Shown here: positions 10,514 through 22,859 of the stretch, piece by piece
How the letters are laid out: each line of letters opens with the position of its first letter
Position numbering within the stretch: the stretch's first letter is position 1
NCBI GenBank assembly: GCA_036785375.1
Contig: JAWMAR010000146.1
Coordinates: 1-64,000 of the forward strand
Length of the DNA stretch: 64,000 bases
Origin: Leucoraja ocellata
Lineage: Eukaryota
Reading direction: 5' to 3'
Notes under the pieces: model-generated
What the model saw: only the letters and a program-made list of their open reading frames with translations
What the model was told of the DNA's origin: nothing
Database searches by the model: none
Translations under genes and position numbers: made by a program

Positions 10514-11959
10514 TATCAATCATTGGTAAAAAATAATCCAGGAAATTTCAGAGTTAAGGAGATTTCACAACTGCAATCATCTGCAATTAGCCAGGCAATT
10601 GACATCACTCCCCTTTAGCCTAGCCAAAGGCAATACACATTTGTTCTGCCCATGAATATCCCCAGTGAATTTATTTATGATTGTAAATGTTTTGGATTTA
10701 TAATGCTATTATAAATTTATTACAGTTGCAGCCATTTTTGGGCTGATAATTAATTTCCAAAGGCCTCCATGATGCCATTTCATTACTTTAAAGCAAATCA
10801 GATAGACTTCTTTTCAGGGTTTGGAATACAAATGTATTGGTTGGAATAATGGCACAGGTGTAATGTTGCTGCCTCACAGCACCAAGAACCTGTATGCAAT
10901 CCCAACAGCAGATGTATCTTTCGTGGAATTTGCACATGCTTGCTGCAATCGTGTTGGCTTCTTCCAGCAGCTCTGGTTTCCTTTCACACCTCAAACATGT
11001 GTTGGTACATTAATTGGCTCTTGAAAACTATATATTCTGTAGGTTAAAAGTTAAAAGGATCAAAGGGTAAAGTGATGGGCATGCAGAGGTGGGAGTGTTG
11101 CAGGTGTATGGAGGGGAAAGGAGAGACGGAAGAAGGTAAATGGATTATTCCACTAGGAGCTAGCAAATACTTGATGTGAAACAGCCATCTTCTGCCTCAT
11201 TTAAGGTACAAGAAGAAGACATGATTTCAAATATAATGGTTAGAAGAAGTCCCCAGGTTATGGCATGGCTCCATTCCTGCAAACTGTTTGTAACCTGAAC
11301 AGTTTGTTAGTCGGAAATAAACAAAACACATTGTGTGGAAGAAGCTCATGTATACAACCGTAATAGGAGAGTGAGTAGGCGCGGGCAGAGTAATTACCAG
11401 TCGGCCTCACTGACTGAGTCTGCTCTGAGTTCCCCCCTTAGCTAGGCTCGATCTAGCCCCTGATTATAACAGCTCAAAAGTGGGGAGAGAAGCCATGTGA
11501 AATTGCCCCACTCCTACCCAGCTGAAGATCAGTCAGGCAACAGCCAACAAATTCATCATCATCCATTACACTGGTCTTCCAAACACTCATTTGTATTTTC
11601 GGGGATTCCATAAATCGTGTGTTCCTCACCCAGGGAGGACCCGAATTAAGTTATAGATATTTGAGAAGGATTAAGGGTATAAGAAGGTTTGAAATTATTT
11701 CAGTATGTTCAAGCTTGGAGGAGAATATTTGGGTACAGAAATGGTGCTGTTGACTTGCTTGTGATAGATTGGATCTCAGACAAGGAGCAAGAGACTAACA
11801 TTGACTACAATAGCACCAGCAACATAATGATGATAAACCTTCAATTTCACAGCAAAACCAACAAATAAGTGAAAGGGTGCAGTGCAACTCACAGAAGGCT
11901 TTGCTCCTGTTACAGTATTTTTGTGGTCTGGAAAGCAGGAAATTGGACCTTTTGAAGGA

Positions 11960-12120
11960 CGGGTTGAGGTCTTTCGAAACCTTCATAACTTTGTACTATT
12001 TCACCGATCGGAACAAAACCTATTTGATTTGCCGCGGATGAGAATGAGAAATTTGTGCAAATTTAATTACAACGCAGACAGGAAGTGATCAAGATGCGAG
12101 TTTTAGTAATATAATAAATA
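11960..12120 (-). mobile_element. Fragment related to the terminus of the Helitron-like element at 57040-57252
   Basis: Shares ttcataacttt..tttcaccgatcgg and ggaagtg.tcaagatg.ga.ttttagta with 57080-57247. Confidence 0.6.
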
Positions 12121-12283
12121 ATGTTACCTTCATAAGGAGAACTGACAAGGGCATTCTGCTACATGCATGTTTGTCCAAATTACAGACATTCAGAGAGGGC
12201 ATTTTCCCCTTTGAAATCATGTCTTCTTCTTATGACACTCTTCCCAGGCAGCCATCCTGCGTGAAGAGTCCTTCAAGTCAGAG

Positions 12284-12523
12284 AAATAGACAGCATAAAA
12301 ACAGTCCCGTCTGCCCAACTCCTGCATGCTGACCAAGTTGTCTACCTGAACTAGTCCCATTTGCCTGCACTCTTATATCCTGACCATTTCCTATTCATAT
12401 ACCTGACTAAATGTATTTTAATCATTGTAATTGTACTTCCTCTATCACTTCCTCTGGTCCATATATCCACCACCCTCTGTGTGAAAACTTTGGCCTTTTT
12501 AAATCTTTCTCCTCGCACAATAA
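12284..12523 (-). mobile_element. CR1 3' fragment (older subfamily)
   Basis: FTQRVVDIW...GYKSAGKWD C-terminus on minus. Confidence 0.75.
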
Positions 12524-12617
12524 ACCTCTGCCAAAAGAAGCCACCAGGCCAGCAGGGCACACTGTTCTTCAGCAGCCTGTGCAGGTTATTCCGCTCCCTG
12601 GGATGTCTGCCAACTCC

Positions 12618-13262
12618 TGAAAAAGTTAGTTTTATAACAACTAAACAGGTTCGCTTCTTAATAAACAGACAACACACAAACTGTTTGGTAGACCAGTTCA
12701 AAACTTTACTTATTATCAGCCGATGGAAGGGAGGGAGAACTCCAGTCAAGTGACCAATGTAGACACTTCACTGTCCTCAGTCCACTTCTCTGAACAACAG
12801 AATTACATTGCATTATATAGTGTTTTTTTGTCACCTTAGCACATTCCACAGACATTAGTCAAGGTCAGAGGTACAGGAAAATAAAGGTTTCTACAGAATG
12901 CATCACATCAAAGGCATTTTGTCACACGGTACAAGATATATTAAAAACATTGTTCATTTGGTTCACGACATTTTATTTTTCAAATACATCAAAGAGATCT
13001 AGCTACTTCTCTGGTTCCTCTCTGTCACCCCGTCCCTCATAAACATAGGACCATTGGTTTGCAACATTTTACTTTTCACATACATCAAAGAGCAAAGAGA
13101 CCTAGCTACTTCTCTGGTTCCTCTCTGTCACCTGGGAGACAAATGCCTTTCTGTATTAATCTACTGGAGAAAAGCCTAATTCGGGACTAAATATAAACTG
13201 TAAGCTAGCCCAGGAATCATTTTAATATCTTCTTATATTTATAACTTAATTTGGCTTCATCA
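12618..13262 (-). mobile_element. Solo LTR (ERV1- or Gypsy-like), 645 bp
   Basis: TG...CA termini; 4-bp TSD CTCC at 12614-12617 and 13263-13266; about 60-bp direct repeats (12969-13030, 13064-13132); minus-strand TATA-like ctatataa near 12815 and AT-rich polyA-like signal near 12710. Confidence 0.7.
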
Positions 13263-13575
13263 CTCCTTCCTGTTAATGTATTGTGTATTCATTCCATGTC
13301 AGCCCGTCCCAGGAGTTAGAAGAGTGCTGCTTACATTTTGCATTGAGTCTTCATGGACTGTTGAGTTCAGAGTGGTAGCAATATGTTCTGGTAGCACAAG
13401 AAATCTGACCATCAATGCCGGCTTTTTATGATGAACAATCTGACAATTTAGACACAGTGAAAATACCAGAAGAGTTGTTGGTGGGATAGAGCTGGAAATC
13501 TGTCAAAGAACAGGTGAAAATAAATGCTCTATTTTCAGTTGATGCCATTGAATGCAGGTCCTCACTAAACAAGAT

Positions 13576-14244
13576 GCCTTTATAACAAGAGGAATCAAAT
13601 ATAGCCTTTATAACAAGAGGAATCGAATATAGGAGCAAAGAAGTCTTTCTGCAGTTGTACAGAGCCCCAGTGAGACCACACCTGGAGTATTGTGTGCAGT
13701 TTTAGTCCCCTAATTTGAAGAAGGACATTCTTGCTATTGAGGGTGCAGCATAGGTCTACAAGGTTAATTCCTGGGATTGTCATATGCTGAGAGAATGGAG
13801 CAGCTGGGCTTGTACACTCTGGAGTTTAGAAGGATGAGAGGGTATCTCATTGAAACATATAAGATTGTTATGGGTTTGGACACGCTAGAGGCAGGAAACA
13901 TGTTCCCGATGTTGGGGGAGTCCAGAACCAGGGGCCACAGAACATTAAGAATAAGGAGTAAGCCATTTAGAACGTAGATGAGGAAACACTTTTTCTCACA
14001 GAGAGTGGTGAGTCTGTGGAATTCTCTGCCTCAGAGGGCGGTGGGGGCAGGTTCTCTGGATGCTTTCAAGAAAGAACTAGATAGGGTTCTTAAAAATAGC
14101 GGAGTCAGGGGATATGGGCAGAAGGCAGGAACGGGGTACTGATTGGGGATGATCAGCCATGATCGCATTGAATGGCGCTGCTGTCTAGAAGGACCGAAAG
14201 GCCTACTCCTGCACCTATTGTCTATTGTCTATTGTCTATTGTCT
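13576..14244 (+). mobile_element. CR1 3' fragment with (CTATTGT)n tail
   Basis: SYAERMEQLGLYTLEFRRMRG; 21-bp duplication gcctttataacaagaggaatc at the 5' junction. Confidence 0.92.
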
Positions 14245-14264
14245 AAACAATAGGGATCAAGGTT

Positions 14265-14415
14265 CTTCTTCTTCTTCTTCTTCTTGCGTATAGGCAAGCA
14301 CAGCGTAAAGTTGTAGGACAACTTGTTCTATTTGATCTTATTTGATTGTGCACGCCAGGTTGATTGCATTCGCCGAAACAGGGCAGACCACGTGAAGGTT
14401 GCAATCTTCCACCCC
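14265..14415 (-). mobile_element. Short non-autonomous retroelement (RTE-type (GAA)n tail) headed by an HDV-like ribozyme
   Basis: Perfect 12-bp TSD gggatcaaggtt (14253-14264, 14416-14427); (AAG)7 tail; no pol III A/B boxes. Confidence 0.9.
14362..14415 (-). ncRNA. Minimal HDV-like (delta) self-cleaving ribozyme
   Basis: GGGGUGG AA GAUUGCA ACC UUCACGU GGU CUGCCCU GUUUCGG CGAA UGCAAUC: P1 7 bp with G1-U wobble, P2 7/7, P3 3 bp, canonical 7-nt L3, P1.1 C-G, UUCG mini-P4, J4/2 CGAA. Confidence 0.85.
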
Positions 14416-15224
14416 GGGATCAAGGTTAATCATTGAGCAACACCCGAGATATTATTAAAAGTTCCTCGAGAGAGTTGCAAGGGTTGGGGTCTGATTGTAC
14501 GGTGTCACAATCAGGATAGGGATCATTTCAAGGGATGGTTTGATCATGAGGCAGTGCTATGTGGAAGTCTGTGGAAATCTGTGATAATCAGTCTGAGAAA
14601 CAGACAAGTATTCTGGAGCAAGGTGTGGGGTAAACGTTTTGTATGACTGTTGTGGATTTTACTCGATAGCCTCTTGTAATAGGGGAAACATCCCTGCTCT
14701 TTCTGGCCCTGAAGTAATGCAGTAAATGCCTTCACATTTGATATACCATGAAATAGGAATAAAAACAAACTCACTGTTAATCCCACCCTCTTCACTTAAA
14801 ATTATTCCCTGCTCTCATCCTGCTCTCATTAAATAGGGAACTGGACTGCAACAAGTTGAATTCTGTTTCTGTGTTTCCAACACTGATCTGATCCCAATTT
14901 TCCCTTTTTTGGTGAGTCAAGAATCAGTCTTTAATATATAATAGCTGGATAAATATTGAGACGTTTCTATTAATATAAGAGTTGCCACATAGTTACAAGA
15001 TAAGGAGGTGTCCATTGAAAACCAGGATGCAGAAGATGGTGACATTCTCTGTCCTGGAGAGTCACAGTACCAAGACCATTGAGGGCATTTAAAGTTGAAG
15101 TGGTAAATTCCAATGCATTGTAATGTAAGAGGTTGCAGAGAGTATGATCTCAGCCTCACGTGCCTCAAGAAGATGTTAACTATCATTAACTATCATCAAG
15201 GATCCCCTCCATCTGGGTCATGAA

Positions 15225-16135
15225 TCAAGAGTCAAGAATGTTTAATTGTCATGTTTATCATGATTATACGATGAATATAGACGTACAAGTCAGACTCACT
15301 TTCTTGAAAACAGCGATGTATAGGTTTAGGATTTACATTTATTGGGATTGTAAATGCAGTTGACACCGTCACCTCGGTGGCAGCGGTGAATCTCGGCAGT
15401 GGTGGTGGGACCTTGTGGCCGACAGAGCCTTGCAACAGCAGCGGTGAATCCTCGTGGGTTGACCCGCAGTCAGTGGTGCGGCATTTGATGAGGGCGTGGG
15501 GGAACCACCATGAGGGTGGGAGGGGGTTGAACAATGGAGGAGCCAGTTGGGACACTTCATAACCTTTTCAACAGCGTATGTGGCGACTATTTGCAAGCAG
15601 AGAATTTCACTGTGCCTTGTCACATGTGACAATAAAGTATTCCATTCCATTCAATTCCATCCATTCCATTCATTAATGGAACAATGACATTTCTACTTGC
15701 AGTGACATAACTGGGTTGTAAACACAGTACTCAGAGATAACATAAAAAACAAAAAAACTTCAATAATTTGAAAAAAACCCAATATATTAGTGTAAAGTAA
15801 AAGCCCAAAGTTCTTAGTTCAATCAAGACAGTTTGTGGTTCGTAGTTTAGTTGGTGTTTGTATTGTACAAGAGCATGATGGTAGGGAAGATGCTGATCAC
15901 ATTGAATGGCGGTGCTGGCTCGAAGGGCCAAATGGCCTACTCCTGCACCTATTGTCTATTGTCTATTGTTCCTGAACCTGGAAGTCACAGTTTTCACACT
16001 CCTGTATCTTCTTCCCGATGGCAGGAGTGAAATGAGAGCATGGTCAGGGTGGTGTGGTTCATTGATGATGCTGGCTGCCTTTTAGAGGCAGCATCTCCTA
16101 TAGATTCCTTAGATGGTGGAGAGGTTAGTACCTAT
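15225..16135 (-). mobile_element. Rex1 3' fragment interrupted by a SINE-like insert (about 15365-15672, (CCATT)n tail) and a CR1 tip (about 15896-15967)
   Basis: caagagtcaag tail; ttcctgaacctgg...cttcccgatggcagg is the antisense of LPSGRRYRS. Confidence 0.7.
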
Positions 16136-16139
16136 GAGG

Positions 16140-16545
16140 CCATACCCTCTTCTCACTGCAACCGGCAGGCAGAAGGTACAGAGGCTTAAAGTACCACACA
16201 CCTAGTTCAGGGACAGCTATTTTCCTACAGCTTTCAGATTCATTAACCAACAAGCTCCAATCCTAATTCTAATTTAGCTTCGTAACATGACCGACCATCT
16301 CTTGCACTACTCTAGTCTTGTTTTTTAATTATGCACATTTATACCAATGTGTTGTTTTTAGCACAGCATATTTTTCTTTTCACTCTCTTGTGGAACTCAT
16401 TGTATTATATGTGTCATTTATGTGTAGTCTATGTTTTTATGTGTGTCTGAGTCTATGCACCTGTGATGCTGCTGCAAGCAAGATTGTCATTGTACCTTCT
16501 CCTTGCTGTAATTGTGCATTTGACCAAAACCTCCACTTGACATGA
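16140..16545 (+). mobile_element. Rex1 3' fragment
   Basis: HTLFSLQPAGRRYRGL plus tgtgatgctgctgcaagc...cattgtacct tail. Confidence 0.7.
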
Positions 16546-17569
16546 TTTATGTGTCGTAGCTACACAAATCTATGGGAATTCTAGGTCTGCAGCTTTTTGA
16601 ACAAATGGTATTTCTCCAGAAGAGACGTGGTTTACTCTGTGGGCAGCTTCAGTTGGTTTCTCTGCATGTTTCCTTCGCTGATTAATTTGCTTTGTACTCC
16701 TGGCAAAGTGTAATTTGTTCCTGCTGTTTTTATCTCCCTTAATTCCCCTCTCCCTCATTTAGACACATGCGAGGAGACTCAATGCAGCTTGGAGCTCTAG
16801 TCTTCTGCCCAGGTAATCCTGCCAAGTATGGAAATTACTAGTGTGAGTAATAACCTTAGGTGGATCAATAACTTCTAGAGCAATGGGTTATAATAATGTT
16901 TAATTAAAGTTGTTTGGGTGGTTATACCACTTTACAGATTCCGAGTCACCTTCAAAGAGGTGTAAAGAATATTGTTAATATTTTCTTATGGGCTTTTTTT
17001 AGTTAGAAACCTTGCCTGATTTACAGTTAAGCTTACAGCCTTTACATTTAACAGGAAACTTCCCATGCAGGCTCGTGTGAAAAAAATAAGCCCAGAGACT
17101 ACAAATGAAACCTATATATTTACTTACTTGATCACCTTTATTTGCAAAATGTCAAGCAAAGCAAATCTCTACAATTAGCAGAGGGGAGGTTTAAAATCAG
17201 TGAATATTACAGAGATGTCATGTTTTTTATAGTATTTGTGTGCAAGGGTACATGGCAGAAACATAAAAGACATTAGTTTAGTAATGAGATCCCACAAAGG
17301 ATGTGGAGGCTTTGGATAGGGCGCAGAAGAGATTTACGTATGCTGCAATTAGAGGGGTTAGCTATAAGGAAAGGCTGGATAAATTTGGATTGGTTCATCT
17401 GGAGGGTCGAGAACTGAGGCTAACCTAAACTAAACAGATTGGACCCAGTTGTTACCAATAATGCTGGTGATTGGCCTCTCCTGGCCAGTCAGCCAGTGAT
17501 AGGGATCAGAGCGGCATTCAAAGGAGGGGGCAATGTCACACTATGCAATGGGTTAGCGATTATTCTTGA

Positions 17570-18399
17570 GGAGTTGAGTATAGGAGCAAAAAAGACCTCC
17601 TCAGTTGTACAGTGCCCTAGTGAGAACATATCTGGAGTATTGTGTGCAGTTTTGATCTTCAAACTTGAGGAAGGACATTCTTGCTATTGAGGGAGTTCAG
17701 CGTAGGTTCACGAGGTTAATTCCCGGGATGGCAGGACTGTCATATGTTGATAGATTGGAGCGGCTGGGCTTGTATACTCTGGAATTTAGAAGGATGAGAG
17801 GGAATGTTATTGAAACATATATGATTTTTAAGGGTTTGGACATGCTAGAGGCAGGAAACATGTTCCCAATGTTGGGGTAGTCCAGAACCAGGGTCCATAG
17901 TTTAAGAATAAGTGGTAAGCCATTTAGATCGGAGATGAGAAAAAAACTTTTCACACAGAGAGTTGTGAGTGTGTGGAATTCTCTGCCTCAGAGGGCGGTG
18001 GAGGCTGGTTCTCTGGATAATTTCAAGAGAGAGTTAGATAGGGCTCTTTGGGATAGAGGAGTTAAGGGCCTGTCCCACTTTCACGTCCTAATTCACAACC
18101 TTTTTTACTCGTGGACATTTTTCATCATGTTGAAAAAATGCCCCATCCTACTTGATGCCACGAGTACCTATGACTAGCATCATGACCTACCTACGACCTC
18201 CTACGACCTCGTGATGACCATGCTGCGAGTATGAGTCAACGGCAAACTCGGCAGAGGTTGTGAAAGTGGGACAGGCCCTTTAAGGGATATGGAGGAACGG
18301 GCTACTAATTGTGGATGATCAGCCATGATCACATTGAATGGCGGTGCCGGCTCGAAGGGCCGAATGGCTTACTCCTGCACCTATTGTCTATTGTCTATT
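17570..18399 (+). mobile_element. CR1 3' fragment
   Basis: RKDILAIEGVQRRFTRLIPG; (ctattgt)n tail. Confidence 0.92.
18065..18279. mobile_element. PIF/Harbinger MITE nested in CR1
   Basis: TIRs agggcctgtcccactttcac / gtgaaagtgggacaggccct, TTA TSD. Removing it restores ggagttaagggatatgg. Confidence 0.92.
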
Positions 18400-19307
18400 A
18401 TGCAACATTGACACTAATGACTGTTTAATGCTGCAAGCAATGTAATTATTGTGGGGAGATTACTTCTAGTTGTTGTCAAGTGCCCAGTACATTTAATATC
18501 CATTTCCCCATATCCCCAAAGACGTGCTGATAGGTTACTAGACATGTCTGAATTGCCAAAGTGTTACTGAAGAGCCAAAGAGGTTGTAGGTGCATGGGGA
18601 GCATGTGGGAGAGAATAGATTTCAGGGAGGTATGTTGGGCAATGCGTCTGTTTGATGAAATTTGCAAACACTCAATGGACTTGTTAAATGAAAATGAAAA
18701 AGTGGAGATTTAATATCAGTGGCGCCCCACAACGCCAAATACCTGGATTTGACCCTACAGACTCTCTTTGTGACAGGGTGCTCCAGTTTCCTCCTACATC
18801 CCAGAAATATATGGGTTGGTAAGTTGCTGAACCATCCTACATTAACTGTAGAGCAGTCCTGACCTACCATCTACTTCACTGGAGAACCTCAGACTATATT
18901 TATTCAGACGTTACTGCACTAAATGCTAACTTGCACTAAATGTTATTCCCTTCATCCTGTATCTGCACACTGTGGACAGCTTGATTGTAATCATGTATAT
19001 AACATTTCCGATGACTGGGTACCATGTAGCAAAATGCTTTTCACTGTATCTCAATAAACATGACAATAAAATAACTAAACTAATTGGCTAAAGAGCTACT
19101 CGTTTGTAGTTAATGGTAGAATCTGAGGAGAGTTAATGAGTAAATAGGGAAAATAAAGAAGGGTTAATGTAAATAAGGGTTAATAAAGTGTTATAATTAA
19201 ACAAGGGTTAATGCATCTTCAGGAAGGAGTGTTTGTGTACTGACTTATCTGCAGTCAAATTTTGCTTAATACCTAATATGTCATCTTTCTTATTGCACAG
19301 TGATTTC

Positions 19308-19545
19308 ATAGAAACATAGAAACATAGAAAATAGGTGCAGGAGTAGGCCATTCGGCCATTCGAGTCTGCACCGCCATTCAATATGATCATGGCTGATCAT
19401 CCAACTCAGTATCCTGTTCCTGCCTTCTCTCCATACCCCCTGATCCCTTTAGCCACAAGGGCCACATCTAACTCCCTCTTAAATATAGCCAATGAACTGG
19501 CCTCAACTACCTTCTACGGCAGAGAATTCCAGAGATTCACCACTA
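19308..19545 (-). mobile_element. Young CR1 3' end
   Basis: (catagaaa)n tail; nearly identical to the reverse complement of 40725-40960. Confidence 0.92.
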
Positions 19546-21029
19546 TTTCAAGGCTTGGCAATGAGAAATGAAATGGGTGGCATCTTTTTTGTTTCAATGC
19601 TTAAGTGGTAGTGTTTTGTTTTATCTTTCAGATGGAATAACATTGCAAAGGATTGTAAAGAGGTTAAGTGTCAGTTGAGATTGACCAACTTGATTATTAA
19701 GAGCAAAGAAAGCCAGAAAGAAAGAGTAAATAGTTCAGCACACCGATCAGAAGCCCACAGGTTTTCAAACACAATTCCATGCTCCAGTAGCCCCATTTTA
19801 GCAAGCATTTGATTCTCTTTCTCAAGAGAGGTAGTGTTCAGGTTCATAAAATTGTTGACTGCGGAAAGTGTTGCCACAATATGACTTTATTGCACTGAGG
19901 TAGATGGCCAGGAAAAAAATCCACAAATGCTCATGTGCTCCTTCAGGAAGGGAATAAATATTGTGTAGAAAGTACATTTCTCTGTAATTTAGTGCATTAG
20001 ACATATACTAAAATGTTATAAATGTTTGTTTGGAGGACCTTAATACAAAAGTTCAAATTTTGCCTTGCAAATGTTGTTGGACTCCTTTTTACATAAAATA
20101 CTGTGTGATTTCCATCTGTATCTTGTGGACATTGAGGTCACCTCTGTCGTGCCCACCACAGAGTAGTATTGTAAGGTGCCATGGATCTGACAAAACAGTG
20201 ACTGAGGACATAAGCCAGCAATTTGCATGGTTACACGCCTCTGTTGTTTAATCATCCTTCCAAAATGAATTCAATATTATGAATGGCCCCAGATCACTGT
20301 GAGACAAGGGTTCATTATCCAATCGGAACATCACAGCATTATTATGGTCATGATTTCAATACTCTGTGAGATCCAGTTATAATGTAACAAATGTGCTTAA
20401 CATAGAAATGTATGGCAGCAACTCATTGCTCACCCGGTTATGTCCTTCACTTCACATTTCCCAACAGAATCTTTGGAGTGTTTGCTCTTTGTTTTGCTGG
20501 GGGTGGGGGGAGGGGGTTTCATTCTTCTGTTGACAAGGCAAAGTCGGACATTGTACATGCTGTCGATTGTCATTATGTCAACAAATGACACCAGATAAAT
20601 ACCATCATTTCAAAGGTGAATCGCATCCATAAATGGATGGTCCAATTTAATGGTATGTGGGATTACAATAGGAACAAAGCAAACAAAAGAACACATGGAT
20701 CAGGAGAAAGAGGTCAATTGAGACTTGGGACTTCTCTATCACTTACAGGTCATCCCAGGTTATGCCGGAGCTTTGTCCCAGTGAACTGTTCAAATCCGAG
20801 CAGTTTGCAAGTCGGAAATGCGGTTGCAAATCTAAATCCCACATGGAAGAAAAAGCAATCAGTAAATCCATTTTGCCAGTATCCCAAATGTCTTTATTGT
20901 GTGAATGGGGTAACACAAGTAAGTAGGACCTGTAATGATATCATGGATATTCTGACTGTAATGTTAACCATATTCCCATCTACCCTCAAACATGGCACGA
21001 TGATTATATCAGAAATCCATCTACCTCTG

Positions 21030-22100
21030 CCCTAAAATGAAATAATCTACTTCTGCCACTTTTGAGGGAGAGTTACTAAGTCATACAGCCATTTTAGAAG
21101 AAATATTTTGCCTATCTCTTTCTTAAATGGGTGATCCTTTATTTTTGAACTGTGACCTCCCCGCCGCCAATTTTAGAGTCTCCCATGACAGGAAACATTG
21201 TTTTTACATCCATCTTGACAAGACCCTCAGGATTGAAGATCATAGAAAGCTCTTAGCTCTGGATCTTGTATGTTTGAATCAAGTCACCTCTCACTCTTCT
21301 AAACTCCAGCCTATCCAGGTCTAGACTGTCCAATCTTTCCTCACAGACAACCTGCCCATTACATATATCAGTTCACTAATCCTGCCATAAACTGCTTCCA
21401 TTTCACTAGCAAATCATCTATCGTACTTATAGATTCATAGTTATGCAGCACAGAAACAGGCTCTTCAGCCTAACTTGCCTGTGCCAACCAAGATGGCCAT
21501 CTATGCTATTTCCATTTCCTGCATTTAGCGCAAATCCCTCTAAACTATTCCTATCCATCTATCTGACAAATCTGACTATCTCTTTTAATTGGTGTAATTT
21601 TACCTGTCTCTACCACTTCTTCCGACAGCTCGTTCCACATACCCACCATCTTCTGTGTGAAAATCAAGCTCCTCAAGTCCCCTTTGAATCTTTCCCCTTA
21701 CACTTTAAACTTATGCCCTCTAGTTTTAGACTCCCCTGCCCTGGAAAAAAAAACCCAGACTTTGACTATATATTCAATCTGTGCTTTTCATCATTTTATA
21801 ATCTTATATTTTAAGATCTTATGATCCCGCAGCCTCCTTCGCTCCAGGGAAAACAGCCCCATTCTTTCCAATCTGACTATGTAACTCAAGCCCTCCAGCA
21901 TTCTAGAGCACAAACTAACTCAACAGACCAGGCAGTATCTTATAGAACATAGCCAAGTGCAGCACAGACACAGGCATTTCAGCTCACAGTGTCTATGTTG
22001 AACATTATGCCAAGATAAATTAATCTGCATGCAACCAATATGCCTTCTTCCCCTGCATATCCATATGCTTATCCAAAAGCCTCTTTAAATGTGATAATCA
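21030..22100 (-). mobile_element. Cluster of old CR1 3' fragments
   Basis: Antisense of degenerate NFFTQRVV and GLFSLE motifs; several CR1-type 3' UTR starts. Confidence 0.6.
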
Positions 22101-22859
22101 TATGGAAAGAAATGGACAGACACTTTTTTGATTGGGACAGACGAAAGCGTATAATTCATTTTATGCCGCTTCTTCCCTTATCTCACAGCCTTTTGTTTTC
22201 TTTTCATCTCTGACCTTTGCTCCCCATCTGCCATTCAACACCCCTCACTTGTATCCAACTATCACACGCTTTGCTTTGTCCCCATCCCAGCCTTTCCTAC
22301 AGCTTTCTCACCCCCTGCTACAATCAGTATGAAGGAGGGTCAGAAATGATGACTGACCTGCTGAGCTACTCCAGCACTTTGTGTTTTTTTTGCTTTTACA
22401 AATCATGCACTAATGCACCAAGATCCCCCTGCACCCCAAAGCTCTGCAATTTCTTACAATTCACACAATATGCTTTTTTTTTTAAATTTTGCTAGCAAAA
22501 ATTGAGGTCTTCTCAATTTCCCACGTTATATACAATTTGACAATCATTGAATGCACACTAACACATTAAAGCAACCATAACATAGCAATTATACTTGATT
22601 TTGTTCCAATTTCCATGCCTATATTTCACAGTGGCTTTAATGACCTCAGTGCTCCACAGACCCACAGAACTACCTTTGAAATGTCATTGTACTGTACAAA
22701 ACTACAATGCCCACTTTGGGCATTGCATGTGTCTACAGATACCACAGAGAAACATTAATGCATTTTCTTTAAAACAAAAGACACAAAGTGCCGGAATAAC
22801 TCGTCAGGCAGCATCTTTGGAGAACGTGGATAGGCCATGTTTTGGGTCAGGTCTTCAGA

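Noticed and set aside
19610-19680. Strong plus-strand acceptor (ttttatctttcag) with a possible micro-exon
   Set aside because: Weak donor and no partner exons; cannot be supported from sequence alone.
20743-20825. Tigger-like TIR remnants (also about 11245-11320)
   Set aside because: Too degraded and no matching partner end; not listed as features.
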